Source: Paraspadella gotoi (lineage: Eukaryota; Animalia; Chaetognatha). From it: a DNA stretch of 64,000 nt. The DNA lies in NCBI GenBank assembly GCA_051294375.1, contig CM119265.1:24947697-25011696 (forward strand), written 5' to 3'. A program made the translations under genes and the position numbers. Position 1 is the stretch's first letter, and every line of letters begins with the position of its first letter. The notes under the pieces are model-generated. The model was not told the origin of the DNA. It worked only from the letters and a program-made list of their open reading frames with translations, and did no database searches. Of this stretch, positions 12,272 to 25,500 are shown piece by piece.

Positions 12272-12502
12272 GGAGAGTGGTCCTTTTATCCAATTGAAAC
12301 ATTCTTTATATTTACATATTATATACTTCATTGATATGGAAGCCAGGTCATCTGGAAGTGAATAAAGGAGACTGTGAGAGAGTCCTGATTCAAAGATGGG
12401 AGGGGCCTTTTATGTTATAATCTTGTAAGAGTGATGGAGGCCTTAAACCACCAAAGCCTAAAAGTCAGGGACAAGATAGCTTATTTATTAATAGATAATT
12501 TT
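12272..12502 (+). mobile_element. Dispersed repeat family copy (unclassified; SINE or LINE 3' fragment-like)
   Basis: Aligns by eye over about 220 bp with 33457-33668 (...gactgtgagagagtc.tgatt...gtgatggaggccttaaaccaccaaagcc...aagtcagggacaagat.gcttatttattaa). A fragment lies at 15047-15084 and a diverged inverted copy at about 47503-47650. Confidence 0.7.
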
Positions 12503-12656
12503 TATTTCATATATATGAACAAAATTTTGTAACACAATTTAGTAAGAGAAAAATATAAAATAAAACAATTTGAGTCAAATTTCTCAAAAATTTTAAATAT
12601 TTTTTTTAAAACTAAATTATAAAGAAAATTAGTAGGCAAAAATTTGTGATCCCTGA

Positions 12657-12667
12657 CATCCATCATC

Positions 12668-12747
<80 letters not shown>

Positions 12748-13163
12748 TCACCGTCTCACTTCGTCCCCAACGACGAGATAATTTAAATTCGAATCAATTT
12801 AAATAAATTTCTAATCTAAACTTTTTATCATTTATTTTTTTGTTATTTTTTTTCTTGTTTCGATTGGATGAGATTTGTCTCGACGGTTTCGTCAGCAGAA
12901 CGCGATGTGGCGTTCAATGATTGGTCTGCCCGTCTGTCTGTCTCTCTGTCTGTCTGTCTCTCTGTTCGTAAGTCCAAGCGCCTAAATGTCTTATTCATCG
13001 GTCAAGAAATTTAGGAATTTTTTTTGGTATCGTACAAAAGTCATTTTTAATATCAACAACTAAAATTCCAAACAGCATCAATGTTTTTTTTTTCAAAAAA
13101 TATATCCTCATTCTGGCAGCAGCAATAACAACATCACCCAAAAGAACATCCTTGTCGTCGTCG

Positions 13164-13236
<73 letters not shown>
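12657..13236. repeat. (ATC)n trinucleotide runs at 12657-12746 and 13164-13236
   Basis: Direct reading. Confidence 0.9.
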
Positions 13237-13237
<1 letters not shown>

Positions 13238-14153
13238 TTCTTCTGTTTTTTCGGATCTTGTTATTGACGCGCGTCGAAATTTTGACCCAGTAACTCGAGC
13301 TGCAAATCTAGGGGAGATATTTTTCGTCGTCGTCGTCGTCGTGATCGGTAGCTTCGGTTTCCCTGGAGATTTCACAGACGTGTTCACAAAATAAAAAAAA
13401 AAACAAAAAAAAAACAAACTCAGACTCGAGAAAAGAGATTAACGAATGCAGCGCCGCCGTTGGTCGAAAAATGCGACGGTTTAGAGGTGAAGGAAACAAA
13501 GAATAAGAATTTTTGTCAGGGAAAATTCCATTTTATTAAAAAACAACAAAAAAACACTGAAATTTTCAATAAATTTTTTTTTTCATATTGAATCGTTTGA
13601 CGCAGAACTTTAAACTCAGACTTCTCTAGATCGAATGAGTCATTTTTACCGCAAATTTAAAGACTTTCTAGAATTTCTATCACGATTGGTGTCAAATATT
13701 ATATGTGTGTATCATCTATATAATGTTTCGCCATAACCTCGGCTCAATACTAAATAAATCAGCGAGTCTATTAACAATACTTTTTTAACAGGATATAAAA
13801 AAGTTTCCCCAATGCCCAGTGTTCAGTTCGTGACCCCAAGTCGAGTCTTCAAGAAAGCGATCGCTCTTCTTCACCAATTTGATTGGATTTAATTCGCTTA
13901 TACCCACTCGGTCGGTGAACCTTGAACCAGACAACAACATCGTTGAATGATTAAGACTTTGAAAAAACCGAAAGTGAATCTCGATCGAATCATTTCTGAG
14001 TCAGAAAAAAAAAAATCTAATGATCATTTCCAAATGAGGAATGAATCAACAATGAATTCTCGAGGTCGTTCAACTTGAGAAGTTTTTTTTTCACCCCAAT
14101 TTATTTTTTTTCAAACGCAACCTTTTTTCCGTTTACTTTTTAAAGATGTCGAG

Positions 14154-14154
<1 letters not shown>

Positions 14155-14228
<74 letters not shown>

Positions 14229-14322
14229 TTTTTTAAGGAATGGGGGGAGTTTAAAAACATTCGGAAGTAATAATGTGCGAAGCTTTTAAGTTGTAAAAGT
14301 TCTAAGAAATAAAAAAGACAGT

Positions 14323-14407
<85 letters not shown>

Positions 14408-14498
14408 AGAAAGAGAGAGAGAGAGAGAGAGAAAGAAAGAGATAGATAGAGAGAGAGAGGGAGGATGTTTTTCACGGGGCGAGATTCCACTCTTGATG

Positions 14499-14566
<68 letters not shown>

Positions 14567-14654
14567 AAAGAAGAGAGAGAGAGAGAGAGAGAAAGAAAGA
14601 GATAGATAGAGAGAGAGAGGGAGGATGTTTTTCACGGGGCGAGGTTCTACTCTT

Positions 14655-14736
<82 letters not shown>

Positions 14737-14742
14737 GAGAGC

Positions 14743-14779
<37 letters not shown>

Positions 14780-14845
14780 AAGAAAGAGATAGATAGAGAG
14801 AGAGAGGGAGGATGTTTTTCACGGGGCGAGGTCCCACTCTTAGAA
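14155..14845. repeat. Composite tandem repeat: ~60-bp core x3 separated by variable (GA)n tracts
   Basis: Core gatagatagagagagagagggaggatgtttttcacggggcgag.t.c.actctt at about 14441, 14601 and 14788. Confidence 0.85.
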
Positions 14846-16250
14846 AAAACAGAAAAGTAGTTCGCGCGCTGGTACAAACTGGATCCAACCGTTTGCCGCT
14901 CCGCCTTCGCCCGGCAAAAAAATTTGGAATTTTATTTTTTTATATTAAAACTTTTTTTAAACTTTACGATGGTTAAGATAGTATTTAAGTAGACATAAAG
15001 TGACCAAAATTGGTCTCGATTGAAAACCTGCCTGGTCCTGCTATGTAATTATCTTGAAAGTGTGATGGAGGCCTTAAACCACCAATTTTTTTTAAAGGAT
15101 AGATTAATCTATTTCAAATCAGTTAATTGTTGAAATCTACCCGTACAAACCAGTAGTACTCGCTAATATTGACAAACAAACTCACAAGTATAAACGATAA
15201 ACAATTCCAGTGCCAGTCGCTCACGCAGCAGCCCGCCATTCTTTTCCAAGGTCGCACGTAATCTGGTTCTGACGTAATGTGAGATCCCAAAACCGAGCGG
15301 GTCGATTTAACCTGGGATTCTTTCTGACGATAGTTGACTCTTTTTGTTTTTAATTCAAACAAACTTTAATTTTAAAGGTTCTTTTTAAATTAGGACAGCC
15401 TTATATATTATATTAACCATATCCGTTTTTATAAATAATAACTTAATCTTCATCATTATTCTTTTTATCTTGGACTTTTCGCAGCGATGAACTCTGACCT
15501 TTCCATATTTGATACGAATCAAATCGAGCGAAAATACAGATATGTGAGCTAAGATATTTTTATTTTTTGACTTTCGTTCGGTTCTTTGTATAGAAAATAT
15601 GAAAAAAAAAATTAGTGAAAGGGATAACAAATTATAAACTTACAATAGACATACGATTGAGGGGGAAAATGAACAAGACTTAAAAACTTTGACAGTGCGG
15701 CGCTCTCAATCGCCCGCTAAACTTTAAAAGCAATGACGGGCATTAAGATTTATTACTGAGTAGATTTTTTCGCTTAACGAAAACCAAACTTTGCAAAAAT
15801 AATAATATTTAATATTCGTCCTAAAAATCATGACCTATTTCGGTCATTCCCAAAATCTTACGTCTTTTGTTCTCTTTTCCCTTCGATCCGAGTTTCCCTC
15901 TTTTCCCGCCGACGGCGCCAGGATCGAGGAATCGTTGAGACTCGAGACGAAACTTCAACTCGAAAGTCGAAAACTGGGAGACGAGAAGTTGAATTCCAAA
16001 ATTCGTTCCTTTCGTCTCCGACTTTTTATTTCTCGATCTTTGGCCCAAATTCTAAAACTCTGCCGCTTTTATTTATTTTGGTTGCCATTCTCGAGTCAGA
16101 TTATCTGACGTCATTTAAATTTCCTGATTCAACAGTTTACATTTACATTGAAAGAAGGCCCGACGTTTTGGACTCTAGAAACGAAGACATTTACTAAAAC
16201 AATATTACCAAAGATATCGGCGACTCTTAATCCCGTGAAAGGAAAAAAAA

Positions 16251-17604
16251 ATGTCTGGACTCACGGAAGACCAAATGATGGAATTTCAAGAGACTTTTTG
16301 TCTCTTCGAAACCAGAGGTAAGTTTTGAGGCGACTTACTACCGGTCTCTCTCTCTAAACCCCTCCTCTCTCTAGTTTTAAGAGTCCTTTAGTTCTTTAAA
16401 AAGTCAACTCTTGCTTTTATAAGCTTTTATAAGTATTTGTAAATATTTTATTGTTGCGGTGAATGTTTCGCCATCACGAGATCAATCCTCACACCAACTT
16501 TGTCGATCCACTCCATACCCCTCAATCTTGACCTCCTTCCACCCCCCCCAAGGCGACGGCCGCGTCGAGGCGAGCAAGATCGGCGACGTGTTGCGCGCGT
16601 TGGGCCTCAACCCGACCGAGGCCGACGTCAAGAAGCTCATCCTCGAAGTCACGCATCAAGGACGTCAGTTTATTTTTACTTTACAAATTTGTTATCGGTG
16701 GAACGTGAGAGTTTTTTTTCTGTTTTTGATCGCGGCGCGATTCAATAAGATAATTTTTGTTGAAATGAGCTGAGAAAAAAAACAACTATATTTTTAGTCG
16801 CCAATTTAACTTTTAAATCAGGCATTGTAAGTAAAAGGATAAAAGACAAAAAGAAGAAAGTAAATAACGAAACTTATTATCAATAGCGATAACGCCGAGT
16901 CCCGTTCCTCACTGCGATCCTCAACCCTCTCTACTCCCCCACCTCCCCCCCTAACACCCTCTCCTCGCAGAGAATCAAATCCAGTTCCAACAGTTCGTGC
17001 CGATCTACCAAGCAGTCGCCAAGCGGAAGGACGTGACGACGGCCGAGGATTTCATCGAAGGGTTCAAAGTGTTCGACAAGGACGCCAACGGGTCGATCTC
17101 TTCCGCCGAGTTGAGGCACCTGCTCACTACTTTAGGCAAGGGGGCGATGGATTATATCATATCGACAATGTTAATTTTGTTATTATGACCGTTTCTGTCA
17201 ATCGGTGAGTTTTTGTTGATTTATTTATATATTTAATTAAAATTTGTTGGTGGATCTAATAATACAACTGGATAAAGCTAAGTTATAAGTCTATATTATA
17301 AGTCATCAAAGAATCAATCAAACAACCAAATCGGGCAACATCAAATAAATTATTCACTAGTCTACTAAACGTTTAAAAGATCGTTTTAAATTTTTTATAA
17401 ATCAATCAATCAATCAATCAAGTATGTATGTACTATGTAATCGACATTCCTTCAATAAATCAATCAAGCAATCGATCAATCAACCTCCCAGGTGAGCGGC
17501 TGACGGACGAGGAGGTCGAGCTTCTCGTCTCCCCGCACGAAGATCCTCACGGAAACGTCAACTACGAGGAGTTCGTGCGTCACATCCTTACGGCGTCGTA
17601 TTGA
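16251..17604 (+). CDS. Mlc-c: Myosin essential (alkali) light chain, non-muscle Mlc-c/MYL6-like
   Basis: Exons 16251-16317, 16553-16663, 16971-17135 and 17492-17604 give MSGLTEDQMMEFQETFCLFETRGDGRVEASKIGDVLRALGLNPTEADVKKL...FVPIYQAV...[64 protein letters not shown]. These are hallmark ELC motifs. Intron 3 is GC-AG. Confidence 0.93.
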
Positions 17605-19166
17605 ACATTCAAGATGCGGCGTCAACTCGGAAATTATTGGCCGATGTTATTCTCTTTCCCCGATACCTTCGTCGGTCTCTCGATCCCAAGCGCAATACCA
17701 AGCATTTAAATTTCGTTACAAGCAAAAACTAAAATTTCTGAGTTAAATTTAATCTTGTAAAAAATCTTTCGAAAAAAAAAACCGCCCTAAAAAATACGAA
17801 ATGCGCCCCTTTCGCATCTGTGTGTACGCATCCTTTTTGCATCGATTTGACGAATTGCCGCATTCCTATCGACAGTGCCTTCGCAAATTCATTCTTAAGT
17901 TTCTTTGTCTATCATTTGTCTTCGCATTTCCCTCGTCTCTTTCTCGATTGTTTCTTCCTAGTTTTTTTTATTAACATTAACTATATTCTTTTAATATCAT
18001 TTTTCCCATCACTTTTACCCTTTAAACTGCTCATCTTATCTTTTTGCTTCTTGTTCTCTAAGTAAAGCGAAAAAGGTTTGTTTTAACTTCTTATTTTGCG
18101 TCTTAACTTTGCCATTGTATTAATGACGGATTTTTATTTCAAACTTTAAAGTACTTTAAGGCGCGTTTTATCTCCGTAGGATAGCTTTATATATGTTGGC
18201 TAACTTTTTTATATTTGATTGCATAACTTTTAACTCTTAATACCTTATCAAAGTTTTTACTTGGCTTTAATTTTTTTTGTGCACGTTTTATCCGAATGCA
18301 TCTGTTTTTATGAATTTTTCGCGATTATTTTTAGTAAAAACACTTTTTGACAAATTTAAGAACAAAATGCGGCTTTTATTTTTGAAAAAAAAAAGAAATT
18401 GTACAATGTTTTTTCCCCTTACCATATACAAAAAATAAAATGTTAAAAACTTAAAATTACTCTTTTTTTCGATGATGATTTTGCAATGGAAGAATTTTAG
18501 TTGAGTTTAAAAGTTATTTCCGTAAAAATTTCACAACGCGTTCCAAATGTGAGGGAAAATCTCGAGGTGAAGATCGTGAGATGAACTGATAGGCCACGCC
18601 TCTGATTCACAAATTGACCACGCCCCCTTTTCACATCAAGAAAATAGAAATAACTCATGTAATGTTATTTCAAAATATATATTTAAAATTTAACAATTTT
18701 ATACTTAGCATTTCATAGTTATTTGTGGAAGAAAAAATTAAAATTAGGTTAATTGTGAAGCTAAGCAATAGTATGTTACAATTCTATAGTTTTTTATTAA
18801 ATAAGAAATGAATAAATCTTTCACGTAGTAATTGTTACTATTTTTGTAATAAATTGAGATATTCATTAATATTCATTAATATTCATTAATAACTTGAGAA
18901 CAAGTAATCGTCTGCTTATGAGAGTGAGTTCAAATTAAAGTTCTTTCAGTAGATAATGATTGATATAAACTAAAAGTAAAATTTGACAAATAATGACAAA
19001 GTCGTTGATAATTTCTCATTATTTTGCGTAAAAATTTCTTACAAAACTTTAAAATTCAATTAAAAAAAAAACTTGCTTGGATCAAAATTTTTTGACTTCA
19101 CTACGATGTTATAAAAAACATTATATTTTTAAAGATGGGTTATTTCTATTTTCTTTCACGGGGTGT

Positions 19167-20322
19167 CTAGGGAATCGAGTATCCGAGGGCGAAGACGTAG
19201 GCGAGCCACTTGGCGATTTCCTCCAAGAGGAAAAAGTAGAGGAGCATGACGGAGTAATGAATCATTCGTTGAGTGCTGGAGCGGGGATCCAGGAGCCTCT
19301 GAAAATGGAGGGCGGGGGTTAGCGAACGGGAGGGATTAAGATCATGTCTCTGACTTGTACCCATAACCGATACCCAATTATCTTTGGTTCCCTCACATGG
19401 GTTTAGACTATAAGGACAATAATATTGGTATAACTGAGGATTATTAATGTTAACGTCATAATAAGCAGAGTGAAACTAAAAGTAGGTTTAATATTTTGAT
19501 GTTTCTTGATGAGGACAAAAGCAAAAAGCAAAACGATACATACGAAAATATTTTGTAAAAAAAAAATTCGCTTTACTTAGAAACAGACGAAATGATTATG
19601 AAACATCAAATTACTAAACTTATGATGTATAATTGTATATGCTAACTTCCGGTTCACCTGGGCGCCGCTTTCAGCAGGAGGAGCGGCGGCGCGGCGGTTC
19701 TTGACGTCGAGTCGCGGCGGGACTTGACTCTTCATCATGTTTTCGAAACTGAAAAGAATTTGTCATTAAAAGGTTTATGTCCATCATTAGTACTTTTTTT
19801 TAATCTCTTTTATTTTTTTTATTTCTTTATATTTTCATTTATTTGTTATTTGTTTGTATATTTATTTGTTCATTTTTTTATTTATCTATTTATTTTTTTA
19901 ATTTATTTTTAAATTTATTTGTTTATTTATTTATTTACTTATTTACTTTCTCATTCCATGAACTAAACCCAGATTTCTCAAAATCAACGAAGGCCAACGA
20001 GTTTAATAAACGATGAATCATTTATCGATAGACGTGAAATCAATCAATCAATCAATCAATCAATCAGCGCCCTTTTCTCTTTTTTTTTCCTCTCACTTCT
20101 TCCCCAGATCGAGAAATTGCTTCTCCTCCCTCACGTTCCCCCCCTGCGCCCCCTTCCGGTCCGTCTCCGCATCCTTGTAGACGGTGTCCTTTTCCATCGT
20201 CCCGTTGTAAAAGATATTTTCCACGGTCACGTTGTCGAACTTGAGACTCCCGTTGTGCTTTTGTTCGGAATCCAGTTCGTCGACCGTTCGGTGATGATAG
20301 AGGGTACTAGCGTCTTCGATGT
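19167..20322 (-). CDS. 3' part of an uncharacterised gene with a hydrophobic C-terminus; upstream exons probably extend to about 22468 but are frame-disrupted
   Basis: Exons 20322-20097 (phase 1->2), 19748-19658 (2->0) and 19298-19167 join in frame through GT-AG sites with a ctaac branch point: DIEDASTLYHHRTVDELDSEQKHNGSLKFDNVTVENIFYNGTMEKD...RLLDPRSSTQRMIHYSVMLLYFFLLEEIAKWLAYVFALGYSIP*. Confidence 0.7.
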
Positions 20323-21093
20323 CTGAACCGAGAGGCCAGCGAGGGAAACAAATGAACGCGGAAAAGTTTTTAAAAAAAAATTTTTTTTGGTGGTTTGTTA
20401 ATCGTTTGAGTGATAATGTAGAGGCGTTTTTTATTGAGCCGATAAAATAAAAAAAAAATTAAAGAGAGCGAATGCAGCAGAATGAGTACATTGAAAAATT
20501 TATAATTAAGTCTGTAAGTTGTCATCGAAAAGTAATTAAGAAGAGATGATCTAAAATGGGATTCCCTGTTCACATGAAAATCAACCTTGTGGGCCGAGGC
20601 TTTTCTTATGGTTTAGGCAAACAACACTCAACGACGCCGTCGCATCGAAAAAGAAGCTCGACGCGCCAAATTAACGTCCAAATCAAACGTAACTCACGCC
20701 CAATTAACACTCGTCTCACATCCTCTCACATCTTCGTCCCCTCCACCCAATTGATAAGGTCCTCAGTCGCCATCGGCATGCGTCCCTTCGCGCCACGAAA
20801 AGGAAGTGATGCAGAGTCTTCCGCGGATCCAAACGTCCCGTCGTGGCTGTCGTAGATCATGAGGTTGCACCAGATGTTGCTGGCGGTGGTTGTCGCCCTC
20901 TTTCACCGGGTGAGGCAGGGAGGGTGTCGCCTTGTCGCGAAGCAAGAATCTGCGAAAACGCGCAGGGTGGCGGAAAAAAGGTTTTTTTTTCATTATTGAC
21001 ACGAATTTTCTTCGTCTGTCTGTCCTCTTTTTTTTCAAAAAATTTGAGAACAGCGGAAGTAGAATGAATTGCAAAAAAAAAAGAAAGAAAATG

Positions 21094-21245
21094 CAAACTT
21101 TAGCTATCTTTATAAAATGAAAAATTTAGCTATCTTTATAAATGAAAACCTAGCTATCTTTTATAATAATGAAAACTTTAGCTATCTTAATAAATAAAAA
21201 CTTTATCTATCTTTAGAAATTAAACTTATGCTAGTCTTATATAAA
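21094..21245. repeat. ~24-bp AT-rich minisatellite, about 6 degenerate copies
   Basis: Unit aaactttagctatctttataaaatg. Confidence 0.75.
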
Positions 21246-21552
21246 TTGCCGACGAATATAGCAACATAGAAATTAAGAAAGAGCAGTAATGTGTCTTTTT
21301 AAATTAGCTCTTAAAAAAATTGTAACCTAAAAAAAAATCACCAGTTTTCATGACTCAACGCCAGGCATCCTTTCCGCCTTGCTTTTAAAATGAAATGCGC
21401 CTGGTTTTAAATTAAAATGCACCACCGTAAAATAGGAAATGCACCTGTCTTTATAAGAGCCATGATCGTCATTCAGCCACGTATTCGCCGGCGCCGTTTC
21501 CGTCGTCCATAGAGGCGACCGATTGTGACTGCAAGCGTGGCGAGGAGAGAGA

Positions 21553-21612
<60 letters not shown>

Positions 21613-22496
21613 AGAGAGAGAGAGAGAGAGTTTTCCGCAGTACCTTTCCCTAAACGCTAACCAACCATAGTAACATTTTCGCGAGCGAGCGAGCTCCACT
21701 CCACACGTCCGAATCCAGTTCCCCACTTCCAACTGCAACTTCCCACTTCCTCTTCCCACTCCACTATCCCACTCCAACCCTACTTTAACACTATCTCAGA
21801 CCGATTCTACTCTGCATTTCGAAAATCCACAGCAGTCGTCGCCGCACAATCGCTTCCACTTAGTCTCGGCCGAAGCGAATCCACTGTCGGCATCGTCTGG
21901 CAACAAAATTCGAGTTTTATTTAGGTTTATAACTTATATTGTTTAATTCCGATAAAATAAGTTGAGAGTTAATATTTAGGAAATTTATAAGGGCCAAACC
22001 ACAACAACAACCGAAGGACCAGGAAGACTAGAACAACAAGAACAACAAGAACAACAAGAACAAAAACTACCCTAACGGAACAACAAGTACAAAAGAACAA
22101 CAACAACAAAAAAAGTAAAAAGCACTTTTATCAATAACTAAANNNNNNNNNNNNNNNNNNNNNNNNNNNNNNNNNNNNNNNNNNNNNNNNNNNNNNNNNN
22201 NNNNNNNNNNNNNNNNNNNNNNNNNNNNNNNNNNNNNNNNNNNNNNNNNNNNNNNNNNNNNNNNNNNNNNNNNNNNNNNNNNNNNNNNNNNNNNNNNNNN
22301 NNNNNNNNNNNNNNNNNNNNNNNNNNNNNNNNNNNNNNNNNNNNNNNNNNNNNNNNNNNNNNNNNNNNNNNNNNNNNNNNNNNNNNCACGCCTCCTGGTT
22401 CCGTCGCGGCGCCGAAATCGAGGAACCGGAAGTGACGCCCGTCGCCGGTCGGTGGCGTCGAGATCCATTTGGGAGCGACTTTGACCCGAAAGACGA

Positions 22497-22592
22497 GATT
22501 TTTTTTATCGTGGGACGTTGATTCTAGTTACATCCGGGGATTTTGTTATCGTGGGACGTTGATTCTAGTTACATCCGGGGATTTTTTTTATC
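22497..22592. repeat. ~42-bp tandem duplication
   Basis: ttatcgtgggacgttgattctagttacatccggggatttt repeated twice. Confidence 0.85.
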
Positions 22593-25500
22593 ATGTTTCT
22601 GTCAGTTGTTGGAAAAGACGGTGACGACGAAAGAAATATTTATTTCAATTCATTTTTTCATTAATAATTAATTTTAATTTATTTTACTTTAAAATACATA
22701 AAGTATAAAATACCAGTTAATTGTACCTATACTATAATATCTATAATATATATCTATACTATAATATCTATACCTGTAATGTATTTTCTCTTTTAACTAC
22801 TTTTTTAAATTTAAGGAATTAAAGAAATCTCGGACAAGAACTTCCGGTGACATGGGGGTCAATTTTGTGAGGTTGATCCCTCGAGACTCGAGAGTCAAGG
22901 TCAAAGTCTGACCCGATTTTCTTCCTTTCCACTTCTTTTCACTTTTGGCTTTCTCGATTGGAATTTGAACTTTATCATTTTCTCTTATGAGTTTATCAAT
23001 TTATGTACTTCCCTTTTTTTTTATACTTTTTTCCCTTTTTTTCCCCTTATTTTCCCTTTTTTGCCCTTTTTTTTCCTCCTTCACTTAATTCCAATTCCTC
23101 TTTCTTCTCTCAAAACCCAATTCTTAACTTTTTTCCCTCAAAAGTTGAGAATTTTTTTTTCCCTCTTTGTATCCCAGAAATAGCGGTGGTCGTCGTCGTC
23201 GTCGTCGTTGTTGTGCTCGTCACCGCTGCCGTCGTCGTCGTCGCCATCGTTGTCGTTGTTGTGCTCGTCACCGCTGCCGTCGTCGTCGCCGTCGTCGTCG
23301 TCGTCGTTTGGAGATTAATGCGAAGGTCGTCCTAAATGTCACCTCCTCAAAAATTTTGAAAAATGAATAAAAAGAATCGGGCCCTTGGGGAAGTTGGCAG
23401 GCGAGTTCCGGTGGGTTGGGTAGGGTAAGTCGAAGTTGGGGGGGCGGGTAGTGGGGTGAGATAGAGAGAGAGAGAGAGAGTGCGCGTCGGCGAACGTGGA
23501 GGGGGAATTTTTTGAAGGCCATGAGCCCCTTCTCTATATGGATCATTTTTCAAAGTTACTTCCTCCACTTTCTTCCTCGTGTTGGGCACCTCTCTATTTT
23601 TTTATTTCCATCCCTCCTTTCTTCTTCTCTTTCTTCACTTTTTTTTTATATCTGGTCTTAACTTTCTTCTCTTAGTCCCTTCCTTTTCTATTTAAAGACT
23701 GACCGCTTTTTCTGTTTTTCTGGGTTTTTTTTTCTGTGTTTTTGTTTTAACTTTTAAATATTTTTTCTTCCTGACTTTTTCATTTTTTTGGTTATTGCTC
23801 ACACTAACTTCATTNNNNNNNNNNNNNNNNNNNNNNNNNNNNNNNNNNNNNNNNNNNNNNNNNNNNNNNNNNNNNNNNNNNNNNNNNNNNNNNNNNNNNN
23901 NNNNNNNNNNNNNNNNNNNNNNNNNNNNNNNNNNNNNNNNNNNNNNNNNNNNNNNNNNNNNNNNNNNNNNNNNNNNNNNNNNNNNNNNNNNNNNNNNNNN
24001 NNNNNNNNNNNNNNNNNNNNNNNNNNNNNNNNNNNNNNNNNNNNNNNNNNNNNNNNNNNNNNGTCCGTAACTTTTCCTCTTTTAATATTTTTTTAAGAAT
24101 TAATTTTGATTCGGTAAAATTGTAATCAAAATGATACGGATTCACTATTTAATACTTGATTATTTCTTTTTTAAATACATTTGTTGAGGCTAAATATGGC
24201 GTAAAATTAAAAAAAAAGCATCTCAATAGATCCTGATGTTAGTAATGATAAAATGATGATTTCAAATCCTAATTTTCTAAACTTACCCTTGGTACTTCAA
24301 CTGAGTGAGTCGTAAGACGTTTTCTAATTTTTAATTAATTCGTCTTTTTATTTCCAATTTTCCAACCCTGAAGGACGATTCCCTTTTGTTTATTTATTTA
24401 ATCCTTCCTCGTTGTCGTCGTCGTCGTCGTCGTCGTTGTCCCTTTGTTTTTCTTTAGACTTTTTCCGAATAAAATAAGAAAAGTTGGTAAAAAGAGAAAG
24501 AAAGTCAGTCGGTCTAAACTGTTTTTTCTGATTTAACGAAAATTCGTCGTCGTCGTTGTGGTCGTTGCTGTTGTAACTCGTAACTCGGATGTAAATTTAA
24601 AGAGAAATTGTAACTCGATTAAAGCTTCCGTCTTCAATGCAGCAGTTTGCTGTTTGCTGTTTACTGTTTTCTGTGCGGCACTGTGCCTTTATCTTCCTTA
24701 CCCACACGACTCTATAAGTTGAATAAGAGTTTTAAAAAAAATTATTGATTTATGGTTTATGACTAAGGGTCAAGTGTCCGATCAGGTTGAATTCACATAA
24801 GTATATTATATACTATATTAATTATTATTAAATCATTAAATTTAATTATAAATCATTATTAATTTTATTATTATTTAAAAACAACTATACTGAAAAAACA
24901 CTTTTAAAACTAGTTACCAGTACCTCTGCAGAAAAGTTCAATTGATATTATGATACCATGACCTATCTACAATTTTTAATAATCGTAAGAAAACCTTTAT
25001 CTCAAAGATATATACAATGAAAAATACTGTTCTTTAGAATTTTTTAATTGTTTAAATTTTAATTAATTAATTTTATTACTTAACTGTTTTTTCTCTCTAT
25101 TTTATAATGTTTTTTTTTTTTAGAACTTAGTCTATATTTGTTTGTTTTTGTTGATGATGATTGTACTGAATCAACCTCGTTATTCGAATAAAAATCGCAT
25201 ATAATATCAACTGAGTCCGTGGCAAATTCAACGCGCGTAAGTCAAGTCATTTTCTTTTTTCTGATTTGACAATCAGCAAAGAGTCACAGATTATCATTTC
25301 CCAATCTGCTTCGACCATCATTTGGGCCAAATTCTTTCACGATTATGTGATCATTTTTCTTGACCATCTTGTGACTTTCACACTTGGCTTTCACAATTTT
25401 CTGTTGAAATCATCCGAGGAGAAAAATATTTGTCCATTTCCTTTTGATTTGTAATCATTGTCCAATGAAGACTTTTTTCTTATTTCTCTTTTCTTTTCTT

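Noticed and set aside
14441-14845. CRISPR-like repeat-spacer array
   Set aside because: The spacers are (GA)n microsatellite rather than unique sequence, the context is eukaryotic, and no cas genes are present
20859-20909. Plus-strand signal-peptide exon MRLHQMLLAVVVALFHR|gtgagg
   Set aside because: No phase-compatible downstream exons were found, and the region is better explained as part of the minus-strand gene
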